Positions 28,177-38,038 of a stretch of DNA of 64,000 nucleotides are shown here, piece by piece. Numbering within the stretch: position 1 is the stretch's first letter; every line of letters starts with the position of its first letter. The translations under genes and the position numbers were made by a program. A model generated the notes under the pieces. It had not been told where the DNA came from. It did not search any database and was given only the letters and a program-made list of their open reading frames with translations. The stretch comes from an uncultured Actinomycetes bacterium. GTDB lineage: Bacteria > Actinomycetota > JAICYB01. The DNA is taken from the NCBI GenBank assembly GCA_963766295.1, contig CAVXYW010000002.1, positions 123,929-187,928 on the forward strand, given 5' to 3'.

Positions 28177-31100
28177 CTCTTGTTCCTCTTCGGAAGCGTG
28201 GGAAGTGCAAGGTTCGGACGATTGCGCATATCCGGCATCAACGGGCGGTGTTTGCGCATCTGTTCGTTTATGAGCCGTAGCGCTGTTGCCATCTGTGGAT
28301 CACGTCCGGCCGCGAAGTCTTGTGGGGTGATGTCCACTTCGTGTGTTGGATCTGTTCCGTAGTTCTCTACACCCCAACCAACGTCTTTGAACCAGAAGGA
28401 GTATTCGGGCTGGGTAGTCATCCCGTTGTCGACGAGGATGTGTCGCATCGTGATCCCCACGACGCCTCCCCATGTTCGCTTGCCGACGACTGGTCCCAAG
28501 TCTTTCAGCTTGAAAACATGGGTAAAGATGTCGCCATCCGAACCGGCGAGTTCATTGGTTATGCACACCATCGGGCCGGCCGGTGAGTCCTGCCAATAGG
28601 GTTCGGGCTGCATGCCCCATCTCGTCACGTCGTATCCAATGCGCTCGCGCGCGAGCTTTTCGAGGATGATCGACGAGACGTGACCGCCGCCGTTGTACCG
28701 GACGTCGATGATCAACCCTTCGTGGTCCAGCTCGGCGTTGTAGTAGCGATGGAACTCTGAGAATCCACTCGGTCCCATGTCCGGGATATGGACGTAGCCG
28801 ACGCGTCCATTCGTTGTTTCGTGAACGAAACGGCGGTTGTCTTCGACCCACTCCCGGTACAACGCGGCCGAATCGTCGGCCAGCGTTTTGACGACGACTG
28901 TTCGAGGATTGCGCCCGCGCGCGTTTCCAAGTGTCAGTTCGACATCCACGCCTGCTTGGTGGACCAGTAGGAATTGCGGCGGAACATCCACGGACGTCGC
29001 CTGTCCGTTCACGGCCAGGATCGTGTCGCCTTCCTTTGCGCCGACTCCCGGCGCCGCCAGCGGCGAGTTGCTTGCCGGGTCCCAGCTGTCGCCCCGCACG
29101 ATGTGAGTGAGGGTCCATCTGCCGTTGTCGAGTGCTACCCGGCACGCGAGTAGTCCGACGCGATAGGGCGGCGGCGGCTTGTGGTCGCCGCCCATCTCGT
29201 ACGCGTGAGAGGTTCCGAGCTCGCCGTTCATCTCCCACATGAGGTCCGAGAACTCCATGCGGCTCGTTACTTTCTCGACGAGAGGACGATAACGCTCGTA
29301 GATGCGCAACCAGTCGACACCGGACATGTCCGCAACCCAGAAGTGCTCTCGCTGGAAACGCCAAGCTTCGCGATACATCTGGCGGAACTCAGAGGCAGGT
29401 TCGACCGAAACTCGCACGCGCGAAAGGTCGAGCCAGCCGCTGCGCCGTCCCGGACCTTCCGCTTCGGCTTTGGGATCCGGCTTTTCGGCGGCTTTGAGCG
29501 CCCGCAACCGTGGGCCCGCGCGGTAAATCAGTGTGGAACCGTCGGCCGAGGTCTGAAACGCGGTAACGCCCTGGACGATCGTGTCGAGCTTCAGCTCGCC
29601 CAAGTCGTAAACGTCGATCTTTCCCTTGGGTTTGTCGTCGACCTCGAAGATGTCGTCGCCGAGCGTGCCCTGGACGGGCCAGCTCGTGAACAAGACTTTT
29701 CCCTTGATCCCGCGGACTTGCGTGTAGCGGCCTTCGGGCATCGGAAAAGCTATGACACGGTCGCTGATGTCGTCGAGGTCGATGACCGTCGGTTCCGGTT
29801 CTTCCTTCTTGGTTGCGTCCGGTTCCTTGGGCGCTTTCTTGGCTGCCTTGTCGTTCCCGGCTTTGGCGTCCTTCTTTCCGCTCGGGCCGGGTTGGTTGTT
29901 TCCAAATCCGCGGGGCTTAGGGACGAACGGCGAGGGATCCTCTGCGCGCAGCGTGATCAGATGCGGACGCATCGAACGCGGGAACCCGTAAGAGAAGAAG
30001 AGGCTGTCGGCCACCGGATCGAAGATCCGATGTGAAAGGAAGTACAGGTACTTGCCGTCGGGATCGAAAGACGGACACACGTCGTCGAAGTCGGGCGCAG
30101 TTAGGTCGGTCACGTCGCCGGACGCGACCTCACACAGGCGGATCGTGGCGTTGCGCGCGTTCGGTGCATGGCTGTAAGCGACGTATCGGCCGTCGGGGGA
30201 CCAGCACGGATTCGTGATCATCCGGAAATCACTTCGGTCCAGGACGCGACTCCGGCTGTTGCCGAGATCGATCCAGATCAGCTCGTTGCGGTGGTTCGTG
30301 AGCACGATCTGCTGAGCAACGGGCGATCCTGCGAGCTCGAGAGGCCGTCCGATGTCGATGCGATCCATGCGTTTGGTGCGAGTGCCGTCGGCCGTCGAGT
30401 AGACCTCGATGGCTTCCTCACCGCCTTCGTCGGACACGCAAACGAGAGCCTTTCCGTCGTTCGTCCAATGCGGGAGCCGGTAGCGCACGCCGTCGCGCTG
30501 GCCGTATTGCCGCACGGCTTGTTCCCAAAGCGGCATCGTGAAGAGCTTTCCGCGTGCGGCCAGCGCGACGGCGTGCCCGTCGGTGTGCACGCTCCAGCTG
30601 TGCAAGTAACGTGCGGCATCGACGAAGCGGCGGTTGCGTCCGATGCGCGGGCTTCGAAGGTCGATGTCGATCCGTTCCGAGGTGTCGGTGTCCGGGTCGT
30701 AGATCCAGATCTCGGCGGCGAGCTGATAGACGATGCGCTTTCCGTCGCTGGACGCCCAGCGCGCGTAGTACTCGTCGTGATCGGTGTGTCGTTTGATGTC
30801 GCGTCCCGTTGGGCGGCACGAGTAAAGGTTTCCGATTCCTTCGTGGTCGGACAGGAAGTAGATGCGGTCGCCGACCCACAGCGGTGAAGCGAGGTTTCCC
30901 TCGAGATTCAGCAGGCGGCGGAAGGTGCCGTTCCCGTTTGCGTCCATCCAGATGTCACCGCGTGTGCCTCCGCGGTAGCGCTTCCATCGGGCGGGGTCGA
31001 TGGTGTGACGTCCGAGGACGACACCTCCGCCGGACGGCGCCCATGAAGCCTCCGTAGCGGGACCGAAACCGGCTTGCTCGGGCATCCCGGAGTCCGGATC

Positions 31101-31463
31101 CAGTTTGTAGACGCGGTAGTCGCCGCGGTTGGCCAGGCCCGAGTCGCTCATGAAGACGATCTGGCCTTGCGGCGTCCACCCCCGGACGGCCGTCATCGCA
31201 CCGAGATAGCTGCGGCGCTGCGCCGGGCCCCCGTCGGCAGGCATGACATAGACCTCGGCGTGCGCTTCCTCCGTCCCCGTGAAGGCGATGAGTTCGCCAT
31301 CAGGGGAGACGATGGTTCGGCCGACCGGACCGAGATTGGAAGTCAGCCGCCGGGCGACACCTCCGCTGTGGCCGACTGTCCAGACGTCGTCCTCGCACAA
31401 GAAGACGACCTGATCGCCGGCAATCGAAGGCGAGCGGAAGTATCCAACGTTCAATTCGGGCAT
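28173..31463 (-). CDS. Tricorn protease homolog (S41)
   Basis: Beta-propeller repeats, WKRYRGG, ELGTSHAY, PDZ, DVRYNGGG, AGSDGD, RTWGG; 1096 aa. Confidence 0.94.
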   Translation of the reverse strand: MPELNVGYFRSPSIAGDQVVFLCEDDVWTVGHSGGVARRLTSNLGPVGRTIVSPDGELIAFTGTEEAHAEVYVMPADGGPAQRRSYLGAMTAVRGWTPQGQIVFMSDSGLANRGDYRVYKLDPDSGMPEQAGFGPATEASWAPSGGGVVLGRHTIDPARWKRYRGGTRGDIWMDANGNGTFRRLLNLEGNLASPLWVGDRIYFLSDHEGIGNLYSCRPTGRDIKRHTDHDEYYARWASSDGKRIVYQLAAEIWIYDPDTDTSERIDIDLRSPRIGRNRRFVDAARYLHSWSVHTDGHAVALAARGKLFTMPLWEQAVRQYGQRDGVRYRLPHWTNDGKALVCVSDEGGEEAIEVYSTADGTRTKRMDRIDIGRPLELAGSPVAQQIVLTNHRNELIWIDLGNSRSRVLDRSDFRMITNPCWSPDGRYVAYSHAPNARNATIRLCEVASGDVTDLTAPDFDDVCPSFDPDGKYLYFLSHRIFDPVADSLFFSYGFPRSMRPHLITLRAEDPSPFVPKPRGFGNNQPGPSGKKDAKAGNDKAAKKAPKEPDATKKEEPEPTVIDLDDISDRVIAFPMPEGRYTQVRGIKGKVLFTSWPVQGTLGDDIFEVDDKPKGKIDVYDLGELKLDTIVQGVTAFQTSADGSTLIYRAGPRLRALKAAEKPDPKAEAEGPGRRSGWLDLSRVRVSVEPASEFRQMYREAWRFQREHFWVADMSGVDWLRIYERYRPLVEKVTSRMEFSDLMWEMNGELGTSHAYEMGGDHKPPPPYRVGLLACRVALDNGRWTLTHIVRGDSWDPASNSPLAAPGVGAKEGDTILAVNGQATSVDVPPQFLLVHQAGVDVELTLGNARGRNPRTVVVKTLADDSAALYREWVEDNRRFVHETTNGRVGYVHIPDMGPSGFSEFHRYYNAELDHEGLIIDVRYNGGGHVSSIILEKLARERIGYDVTRWGMQPEPYWQDSPAGPMVCITNELAGSDGDIFTHVFKLKDLGPVVGKRTWGGVVGITMRHILVDNGMTTQPEYSFWFKDVGWGVENYGTDPTHEVDITPQDFAAGRDPQMATALRLINEQMRKHRPLMPDMRNRPNLALPTLPKRNKR

Positions 31464-31480
31464 GTGGCGATGATAAGGAT

Positions 31481-32560
31481 TCAGCCGGTTCCGGCGGCTG
31501 CGAGGAGTGGGACGTACATCTCGTCCGGCGTAAGACTCCCGTGGCCGCTCTGCAAGAGTCCCTCACCGGGGTTGGCGGGATCGACGAAACCGATCGGCTC
31601 CCGTGCGGCGAGGATCACATCTCCGATGCGTCGGCGAACTTCCGGAGATGGCGCCTGGGGGCCGAGCCATCTCTCGTCGATGAGTTGGTCGCGAGTGAAG
31701 CACCAGGCCTTGCTCGAGAAGAGTTCACTTGCGGCACCGAACAGATCATCTGCGGCACCCTCACGTGCGTGGAGGTAGCGGAAGCGACTCTCCCCGGACT
31801 GCGCGAGGCACATCTTGTTCAGAGCTTCGAGCTCGATCCGTTCCTCGAAGTGAACGTGGCCGTGGTCGGCGGTCACCACGAGAGCTGCGCTGGACGGAAG
31901 CGACTCGAGCATCTCGCCGACGAGCCGGTCACAGAATGCGAGCTCGCGCTCGAAGAAACCGTCGCGCATACCGTGGACGTGCGCGACTAGATCGGGTCCG
32001 TCGTAATAGGCGTACACGAAACGCTCACCCGCCTCGACGAGTAAACGGGAACGCTCGATCAATCCGGACGGTGTGAAGTAGCCGTGGAAATCGGCGCCTC
32101 GATAAAGGAGCGCGCTGAATTTGGTATCGCGGAACTGCGTGCGAGAGACGACGGGCAGCGATTGTCCGCCGAAGGCTTCGCGAGGCTGCAGCTGTTCGGG
32201 TTCGGGCGGAGTCTGTCCCTGCATCGCCCAGCGGATCACGTTGAGCACATTGCGACCCAGCCATATCCGGTAGCCGATGATCCCGTGCTCGGACGGAGCC
32301 AGTCCGGTGGAGATCGACGACAGCGCCGTCGGTGTCGTGGACGGAACCACAGAGGTGATCGAAGTTCCTTCGAGTCGCGAGATGTTGGGAAGGATGTTGC
32401 GCCGACGATCGATCTCATTCGATCCCAGTCCGTCCAGGATCAACAGGACGACGCTTTCGGCGTTGCGGGCCGCTTCCGGCACCCACGCGGCTTTGGATTG
32501 AAGCCCGCGGATCAGATTGGTGATGCAACCGCCGTCGTATTCCGGCCGAACCGGCTCCAC
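31481..32560 (-). CDS. Alkaline phosphatase superfamily (type I phosphodiesterase/nucleotide pyrophosphatase)
   Basis: LDGLG, PSTT, DLVAH, TADHG, GHGSLT. GTG start overlaps the upstream TAG. Confidence 0.87.
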   Translation of the reverse strand: MEPVRPEYDGGCITNLIRGLQSKAAWVPEAARNAESVVLLILDGLGSNEIDRRRNILPNISRLEGTSITSVVPSTTPTALSSISTGLAPSEHGIIGYRIWLGRNVLNVIRWAMQGQTPPEPEQLQPREAFGGQSLPVVSRTQFRDTKFSALLYRGADFHGYFTPSGLIERSRLLVEAGERFVYAYYDGPDLVAHVHGMRDGFFERELAFCDRLVGEMLESLPSSAALVVTADHGHVHFEERIELEALNKMCLAQSGESRFRYLHAREGAADDLFGAASELFSSKAWCFTRDQLIDERWLGPQAPSPEVRRRIGDVILAAREPIGFVDPANPGEGLLQSGHGSLTPDEMYVPLLAAAGTG

Positions 32561-33408
32561 TAATTGACGGCGTACGACGCGCGCCGCGTGTTGCTGACTA
32601 TCGCGTCGACGATCTGCGCCCACGCACCCTTCGGCAGATCGTGCCCCATCCCTTCGACGGCCACGAGCTCCGCACCGGGTATTGCTGCGGCCATGCTCTC
32701 GCCGTTGGAGAAGGGAACGAGCTTGTCGTCGGTTCCGTGGATGACGACGATCGGTGTCGAGAGCTGAGCCAGAGCCTTCGCGCGTGGCTTCGAGGTTTGG
32801 ATGGCGAGCATCTGGCGAACGCGCCCCGCCGGTAGATAGGAGCGGTCATAGCAGCGCCCGGCAAGGCCGCGTATGTAGTCCTCGTCGAAGGGGAACCCGC
32901 CGCCGGCCATGATCCGACGGTGACGAACGTCCTGTTCGATCACGCTGTCGCGCTCGGTCTCCGCCGGCTCGGTGAAGATCTTCATCACTTCCGGATCCGG
33001 CGACAGAACGGCGTCGTCGCCCGTTGCCGACATGACTGATGCCAGCGACAGGACGCGTGGCGTGTGACGCAAAGCGAGGACTTGTCCGATCATTCCACCC
33101 ATCGATTGCCCCACGATGTGCGCTGATGTCATCCCGAGGTGGCCGAGGAGGGCCGCAACATCGTCGGCCATGTCGTCGACCGTGTAGGCGGGGCTTTCGG
33201 TGGCGTCATCGAACTTCGTCGTTAGTCCGACATCGCGGTTATCGAGAGTGATCACCCTGAAGCCCTTTTCGACGAGCAGGTCCTTGAAGCCCTCGGGCCA
33301 CCTGATCATCTGGGAGCCGAGTCCGTTTATCAGGACGAGAGCAGGATCCGAGTCGGATCCGAACGTCTCGTAGCAGAGGTCTATTCCGTTGACTTTGGCG
33401 ATAGGCAT
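32560..33408 (-). CDS. Alpha/beta hydrolase
   Basis: DNRDVG, GQSMGG, HGTDD, GMGHDLP. Confidence 0.92.
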   Translation of the reverse strand: MPIAKVNGIDLCYETFGSDSDPALVLINGLGSQMIRWPEGFKDLLVEKGFRVITLDNRDVGLTTKFDDATESPAYTVDDMADDVAALLGHLGMTSAHIVGQSMGGMIGQVLALRHTPRVLSLASVMSATGDDAVLSPDPEVMKIFTEPAETERDSVIEQDVRHRRIMAGGGFPFDEDYIRGLAGRCYDRSYLPAGRVRQMLAIQTSKPRAKALAQLSTPIVVIHGTDDKLVPFSNGESMAAAIPGAELVAVEGMGHDLPKGAWAQIVDAIVSNTRRASYAVN

Positions 33409-33536
33409 GTCCTGATGGTCCGTCACGCGCTGCTTGTGCCGCAACCTGCTCCTTTGTTGAGGCCCCAGCGAAGTACGCTTTTGGTTGAAATGCGTGCGGG
33501 CATCGTCTGCGTCAATCGCAAGATCACAGCGTCGTC

Positions 33537-34931
33537 GTGACCGACTCCGCGACGTTGGAAAGGCAGCGCGGCGCGACCAGAGTCGCGGTGTCATCGCTCG
33601 CCTGGATAGCTCTTCTGGCCGCCGCTAAAACCACGGTCGGCGTCTTGACCGGGTCGGTCGCGGTACTAGGCGACGGATTGCATTCGGTGCTCGACGTCGT
33701 CGTTGCCGGAGTCACGTTGTTCGCCGTACGTCTGTCCGGCAAGCCACCCGACCGCGAGCATCCTTTCGGTCACGGACGCGTGGAAAATCTCGCAGCCCTC
33801 GGTGAGTCCGCCGTGATGTTCATCGTCGGTGCCGGTGTCGCTGCTGAAGCGGTAAGACGCATCGTTTCCGAGAGCAACGCACGTGCTCCTGTGTACGCGA
33901 TCGTCGTCACGGCCGCCGCTCTCCTTATAGGAGCGTGGCGAGCAGGCGTCCTGCGGCGTGCGGCGATCCGCTACGCATCGCCCGCTTTGGAAGCCGACGC
34001 TTTGAACGTAACTGCCGATGTCGGCGAGTCGGTTGCAGTCTTGATCGGTTTGGGTGCCGCGCGTCTTGGTTTCCCGGCCGGAGATCCGATCGCCGCTCTG
34101 ATCGTCGTTCTGACGATGTGGGTCATGGCCGGACGCATCGGCTGGTCCGCGATCAACGTTCTGATGGACAGGGTCCCGCTTGGTGTCTCCGACCAGATAG
34201 CTGCAGCGGCGAGAGGCGTCGGCGGCGTCGTGGACGTACCCCAGCTTCGCGTTCGTCAGTCCGGACCCGACACGCACGCCGAAGTGACGGTCACCGTCGG
34301 GCGCACGACCTCGGTCGAACGCTCTCACGACATAACAGAAGACGTAGAGGCCGCGGTTGCTGAGGCCGTGCCCGGCACGAAGACGACGGTGCATGTCGAA
34401 CCGAGCACTATCGGCGAGGACGTCGTAGTGCGTACGTTCGCTGCAGCCAACCGTCTCGGCCTCGCCGACCAGGTTCACAACGTGCTGGCCATACGTCATC
34501 CCGAAGGTCTTTGGCTGATGCTTCACGCGAAGGTCCCGGCATCGACACCTCTGGCCGACGCGCACGCGATCACCGACGAGCTCGAACGAGAGATCCGTTC
34601 GGAGATCGGCGGCCTGGCCCGTGTTGAGATCCATGTCGAGCCCCACGAGCCGCCGATGATGCGCGGCAGGGAAGTCGGCGCGGAGCGGGCTGACATGGTC
34701 CGGGACGTCCAAACCATCGCTCGACGCCACGAACCGATCACCGGGTGTCACGAGGTCGCCGTTAGTCAGGCCGAGGACGGACTGCACCTCGTTTTGCATT
34801 GCGAGGCATCACCAAAAGCCAGGATCGTCGAGATCCACGACGCGTCGCTGCGCGTGGAGGACGAGGTCCACCGCAAGTACGAAGATGTGCGCAGCATTAC
34901 CGTCCATTTCGAGCCGCAGGCGTTATCGTGA
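33537..34931 (+). CDS. Cation diffusion facilitator with three tandem C-terminal (ZT_dimer-like) domains
   Basis: DGLHSVLD, PPDREHPFGHGRVE, TM region, then three repeats ending VHVEP / IHVEP / VHFEP. Confidence 0.9.
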   Translation: MTDSATLERQRGATRVAVSSLAWIALLAAAKTTVGVLTGSVAVLGDGLHSVLDVVVAGVTLFAVRLSGKPPDREHPFGHGRVENLAALGESAVMFIVGAGVAAEAVRRIVSESNARAPVYAIVVTAAALLIGAWRAGVLRRAAIRYASPALEADALNVTADVGESVAVLIGLGAARLGFPAGDPIAALIVVLTMWVMAGRIGWSAINVLMDRVPLGVSDQIAAAARGVGGVVDVPQLRVRQSGPDTHAEVTVTVGRTTSVERSHDITEDVEAAVAEAVPGTKTTVHVEPSTIGEDVVVRTFAAANRLGLADQVHNVLAIRHPEGLWLMLHAKVPASTPLADAHAITDELEREIRSEIGGLARVEIHVEPHEPPMMRGREVGAERADMVRDVQTIARRHEPITGCHEVAVSQAEDGLHLVLHCEASPKARIVEIHDASLRVEDEVHRKYEDVRSITVHFEPQALS

Positions 34932-34943
34932 GGCGGCTCACGC

Positions 34944-36110
34944 ATGAATACCTATAAACGGATACAGGCCGACCCGGCCCGGTACTTCGCAGCCGACGAG
35001 GTCCAGAAGGCCAAGGACTACCAGCGGCCGCTCACGCTCGCGCGCGGGATCTCGCTCGCGCTGAATGCGGCTTTCTTGATCGCCGTCATCGCGACGGGAG
35101 CTGCGGACAAAGTCGCCGACGCTGTTGGACCGGACTCCTGGGTCGTGCGGCTGATCACCATCGTCGTCGCGCTGACTATCGCGGGGCTGGTTATCGACCT
35201 TCCTATCTCCCTCTGGACGACCTTTGTGCACGAACGCAAGTGGGAGTTCTCGACGGAAACGCCCAAAGGCTTCGTCGGCGACCTGTTCAAGAGCCTCGTC
35301 CTCGGCATCATCATTCAAGGACTCCTTTTCATGGCCCTGTGGTGGCTGATCCGAACGACCGATCTGTGGTGGATCTACGGATGGGCCGTCTTCTTCGCGT
35401 TCAGCGTCCTGCTTGCATTCCTTCTTCCGATCGTGATCATGCCGATCTTCAACAAGTTCACTCCGCTCACCGACGAAGAGCTCTACGTACGACTGCGTGG
35501 ACTGGCCGAAGGGGTTGGCATGCACGTGAGCGGTGTGCAGGTGATGGATGCATCCAAGCGCACACGCAAGGACAACGCTTTCTTCGCCGGACTCGGCAAC
35601 AGCCGCCGTGTGGTGATCTTCGACAATCTTCTATCCCAGCCGGCTGCAGTTATCGCGAGCATCGTGGCTCACGAGCTCGGCCATTGGCGTCGCCGTCACA
35701 TAACCAAGGGTGTGGTTATGGGGACGATCACGTCGTTGACGCTCTTCATCGCCCTCAAGTTCGTATCGACCTGGGACTTGGCGCTCGATTGGGCCGGTGT
35801 GGACAGCGTCACCGATCCCGCAGCTCTTCCGCTTGTCCTCGCCGTCTTCTCCATCGTCAGCTCCGTTATCTCTCTGCTTCAGGCGTGGATATCCCGCGCG
35901 CACGAACGGCAAGCCGATATCGACGCATTGGAGATCACAAACGATCGCGAAGCGTTCGCCGAGACACACAGAGGACTGTCGACGCGCAACCTCATCGACC
36001 TGGCTCCCAGCTGGTGGTCCTACATCCGGGCCAGTCACCCTCCGCCCGCGGAGCGACTGCGTCTGGCTGAGATTTGGTCCGAGTCCGAGAAGTCGAGCGC
36101 GAGTCGTTAG
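34944..36110 (+). CDS. M48 family metallopeptidase (Ste24-like)
   Basis: DASKRT, NAFFAG, HELGH, ERQAD, SHPP. Confidence 0.93.
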   Translation: MNTYKRIQADPARYFAADEVQKAKDYQRPLTLARGISLALNAAFLIAVIATGAADKVADAVGPDSWVVRLITIVVALTIAGLVIDLPISLWTTFVHERKWEFSTETPKGFVGDLFKSLVLGIIIQGLLFMALWWLIRTTDLWWIYGWAVFFAFSVLLAFLLPIVIMPIFNKFTPLTDEELYVRLRGLAEGVGMHVSGVQVMDASKRTRKDNAFFAGLGNSRRVVIFDNLLSQPAAVIASIVAHELGHWRRRHITKGVVMGTITSLTLFIALKFVSTWDLALDWAGVDSVTDPAALPLVLAVFSIVSSVISLLQAWISRAHERQADIDALEITNDREAFAETHRGLSTRNLIDLAPSWWSYIRASHPPPAERLRLAEIWSESEKSSASR

Positions 36111-36112
36111 CC

Positions 36113-37063
36113 ATGGTCTATGCCCCTCCCGAGCATCGTCCGCCACCGCCGCCGCGCCGATCGGCCGCGGATCGCGTCGTCCGCGTAATCGGGATCATCG
36201 GGCGAATCTTCGTCGCCGCCGGTCTGCTGTTGCTGTTCTTCACGGGCTACTTGCTGTGGGGGACCGGTGTTTACACCAAGCAACAGCAAGAGGACGCAAC
36301 CAAGACGCTCGAAGCCAATCCGCTGGTGAACCAGGAGAACCTGAGCGCCGGCAACATCCCGCCGGCGCGCCCATCGCAGCCCGCAGCGCTCGGCGCTCCG
36401 TTGTTCTCGATCAAGATCCCGAAGATCGGACTCGACACGGTGGTGATCCAGGGCGTGGGCCGCGAGGAGCTGAAGAAGGGTCCGGGACTTTTCCCCGACT
36501 GCAAAGAAGGACTGGGAAGTGACTGTGTGTCCGAGGCCAAATACCCGGGCGAGAACGGAAACGTCGCTATCTCCGGACACCGCACGACTTACGGAGCGCC
36601 CTTCTTCCGCCTGAACGAGCTCGCGCCCGGAGACTTGGTCGATTTCGTTTCCGGACGTGCGCGGTACAGGTACAAGGTTCGAGGAGAGGCGCAGATCGTC
36701 GACCCGGTTGCCGGTTTCCAGGTCGTCGAGCAACACGGCCGCAACGAGGTGACGTTGACGACCTGCCATCCGCGCTTCTCAGCCGCACAAAGGCTGATTA
36801 TCCAAGCCGACTATGTCGGCGCGTCTTTGGTATCGGCCCCGACGGGCGGCGGGCCGACCAGTGGCCCCAGCAAGCAACCCGTCGTGGGCGCCGATGTTTT
36901 GATCCTGGCCAGCGTCGCGCTGGCGAGTGCGCTTGCGTCCCTGGGCTTGTCCAAGAAGTACAAGTGGACGGCCGCCTACATCGCGATCGGTATCGCAGGC
37001 GCCGCAGGACTATGGGTCGGAGTCTTCCCGCGCCTCTTGCTTCTGATGCCGGCAAACTACTGA
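36113..37063 (+). CDS. Class E sortase with C-terminal membrane extension
   Basis: N-terminal TM anchor, IPKIG, SGHRTTYGAPF, TLTTCHPRFSAAQR (His/Cys/Arg triad). Confidence 0.9.
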   Translation: MVYAPPEHRPPPPPRRSAADRVVRVIGIIGRIFVAAGLLLLFFTGYLLWGTGVYTKQQQEDATKTLEANPLVNQENLSAGNIPPARPSQPAALGAPLFSIKIPKIGLDTVVIQGVGREELKKGPGLFPDCKEGLGSDCVSEAKYPGENGNVAISGHRTTYGAPFFRLNELAPGDLVDFVSGRARYRYKVRGEAQIVDPVAGFQVVEQHGRNEVTLTTCHPRFSAAQRLIIQADYVGASLVSAPTGGGPTSGPSKQPVVGADVLILASVALASALASLGLSKKYKWTAAYIAIGIAGAAGLWVGVFPRLLLLMPANY

Positions 37064-37078
37064 CGCGGTCGCACGGAT

Positions 37079-37104
37079 GAAATAAGCGACCCGCCGCAGC
37101 GGTT
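37079..37104 (+). promoter_or_regulatory. Candidate SigR/SigH-type ECF promoter (GAAAT-N18-GTT)
   Basis: GAAAT at 37079-37083, 18-nt spacer, GTT at 37102-37104, 8 nt before the sigma GTG. One mismatch to the Streptomyces SigR consensus GGAAT-N18-GTT. Confidence 0.4.
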
Positions 37105-37112
37105 TCACTTGA

Positions 37113-37730
37113 GTGCCGTCAGCGCGGGAGCCAGCGAGTCCCAGTAGGGTTGGAGTCGTGGCGACCGTTGAGCGTGACGGCGAAGAACAGACCGAACCCA
37201 GCGACGACCAAGTTCGGCGCTTCGAGGAGTTGATCGTCCCTGAAATGCCGTTCCTTGCCCGGATCTCGCGTGCTATGTCGCATTCGCAAGCCGAAGCCGA
37301 CGACCTCGCTCAAGACACGTTGGTGAAAGCCTTCCGAGCGATCGATCGCTTCGACGGACGTTACCCGCGTGCGTGGCTGACGCGGATCGCGCGCAACACT
37401 GCGATCAACCGAGATCAACGCAACCGGGAGTTCGTGCTCGCCGAAGACGGCGTCGTGGAGCCCGACCCGGCGCCGGATGAGATCAGTGATCCCGAAGACA
37501 TAGTGCTCGGGCAGGAGATAGACGAGACCCTGCGCTCCGCACTCGACGACCTGCCGCCCGATTTTCGCATTGTCGTTCAGCTCGTCGACGTCGAGGACAT
37601 GAGTTACCAGGAAGCAGCGGACGTTCTCGACATCCCGATAGGCACAGTAATGAGCCGGCTGCATCGAGCCCGCTCGCGTCTGCGGCGGGCACTAAGCGGC
37701 ACAGCACTGGACAGGGAGGCGAAGACGTGA
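37113..37730 (+). CDS. ECF sigma-70 factor
   Basis: Region 2 ADDLAQDT, AWLTRIARN. Region 4 SYQEAADVLDIPIGTVMSRLHRAR. Confidence 0.93.
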   Translation: MPSAREPASPSRVGVVATVERDGEEQTEPSDDQVRRFEELIVPEMPFLARISRAMSHSQAEADDLAQDTLVKAFRAIDRFDGRYPRAWLTRIARNTAINRDQRNREFVLAEDGVVEPDPAPDEISDPEDIVLGQEIDETLRSALDDLPPDFRIVVQLVDVEDMSYQEAADVLDIPIGTVMSRLHRARSRLRRALSGTALDREAKT

Positions 37731-38026
37731 GCTTGTTCTCTTACCTGCCTGGGACTACTGCGTGGCGCAAGCGCCGTCACGATGAGATCTGTCGTGAGAC
37801 GTACGACCACATCCAGGAGATCGTCGACGGGGAGATCACCGCCGGCAAGGCAAAGCAGCTGGCGCGCCACTTGAGCGAGTGTCCGCCCTGCGAGCTCGAA
37901 GCTGAGGCGATCAAAGGTCTGAAGCAAGCGATCGCTCGTGTTGGCTGCGAAGCCGACCCGCAACTCGTTCAGCACTTGGACGAGCTGGCTCGCAAGCTGT
38001 GTTCGCGCCGCGAACACGAACATTAA
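37727..38026 (+). CDS. Zinc-binding anti-sigma factor (zf-HC2/ZAS)
   Basis: Cys...HLSECPPC (HxxxCxxC), no TM, GTGA overlap with the sigma gene. Confidence 0.88.
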   Translation: MSLFSYLPGTTAWRKRRHDEICRETYDHIQEIVDGEITAGKAKQLARHLSECPPCELEAEAIKGLKQAIARVGCEADPQLVQHLDELARKLCSRREHEH

Positions 38027-38038
38027 GCTCTACACGCC

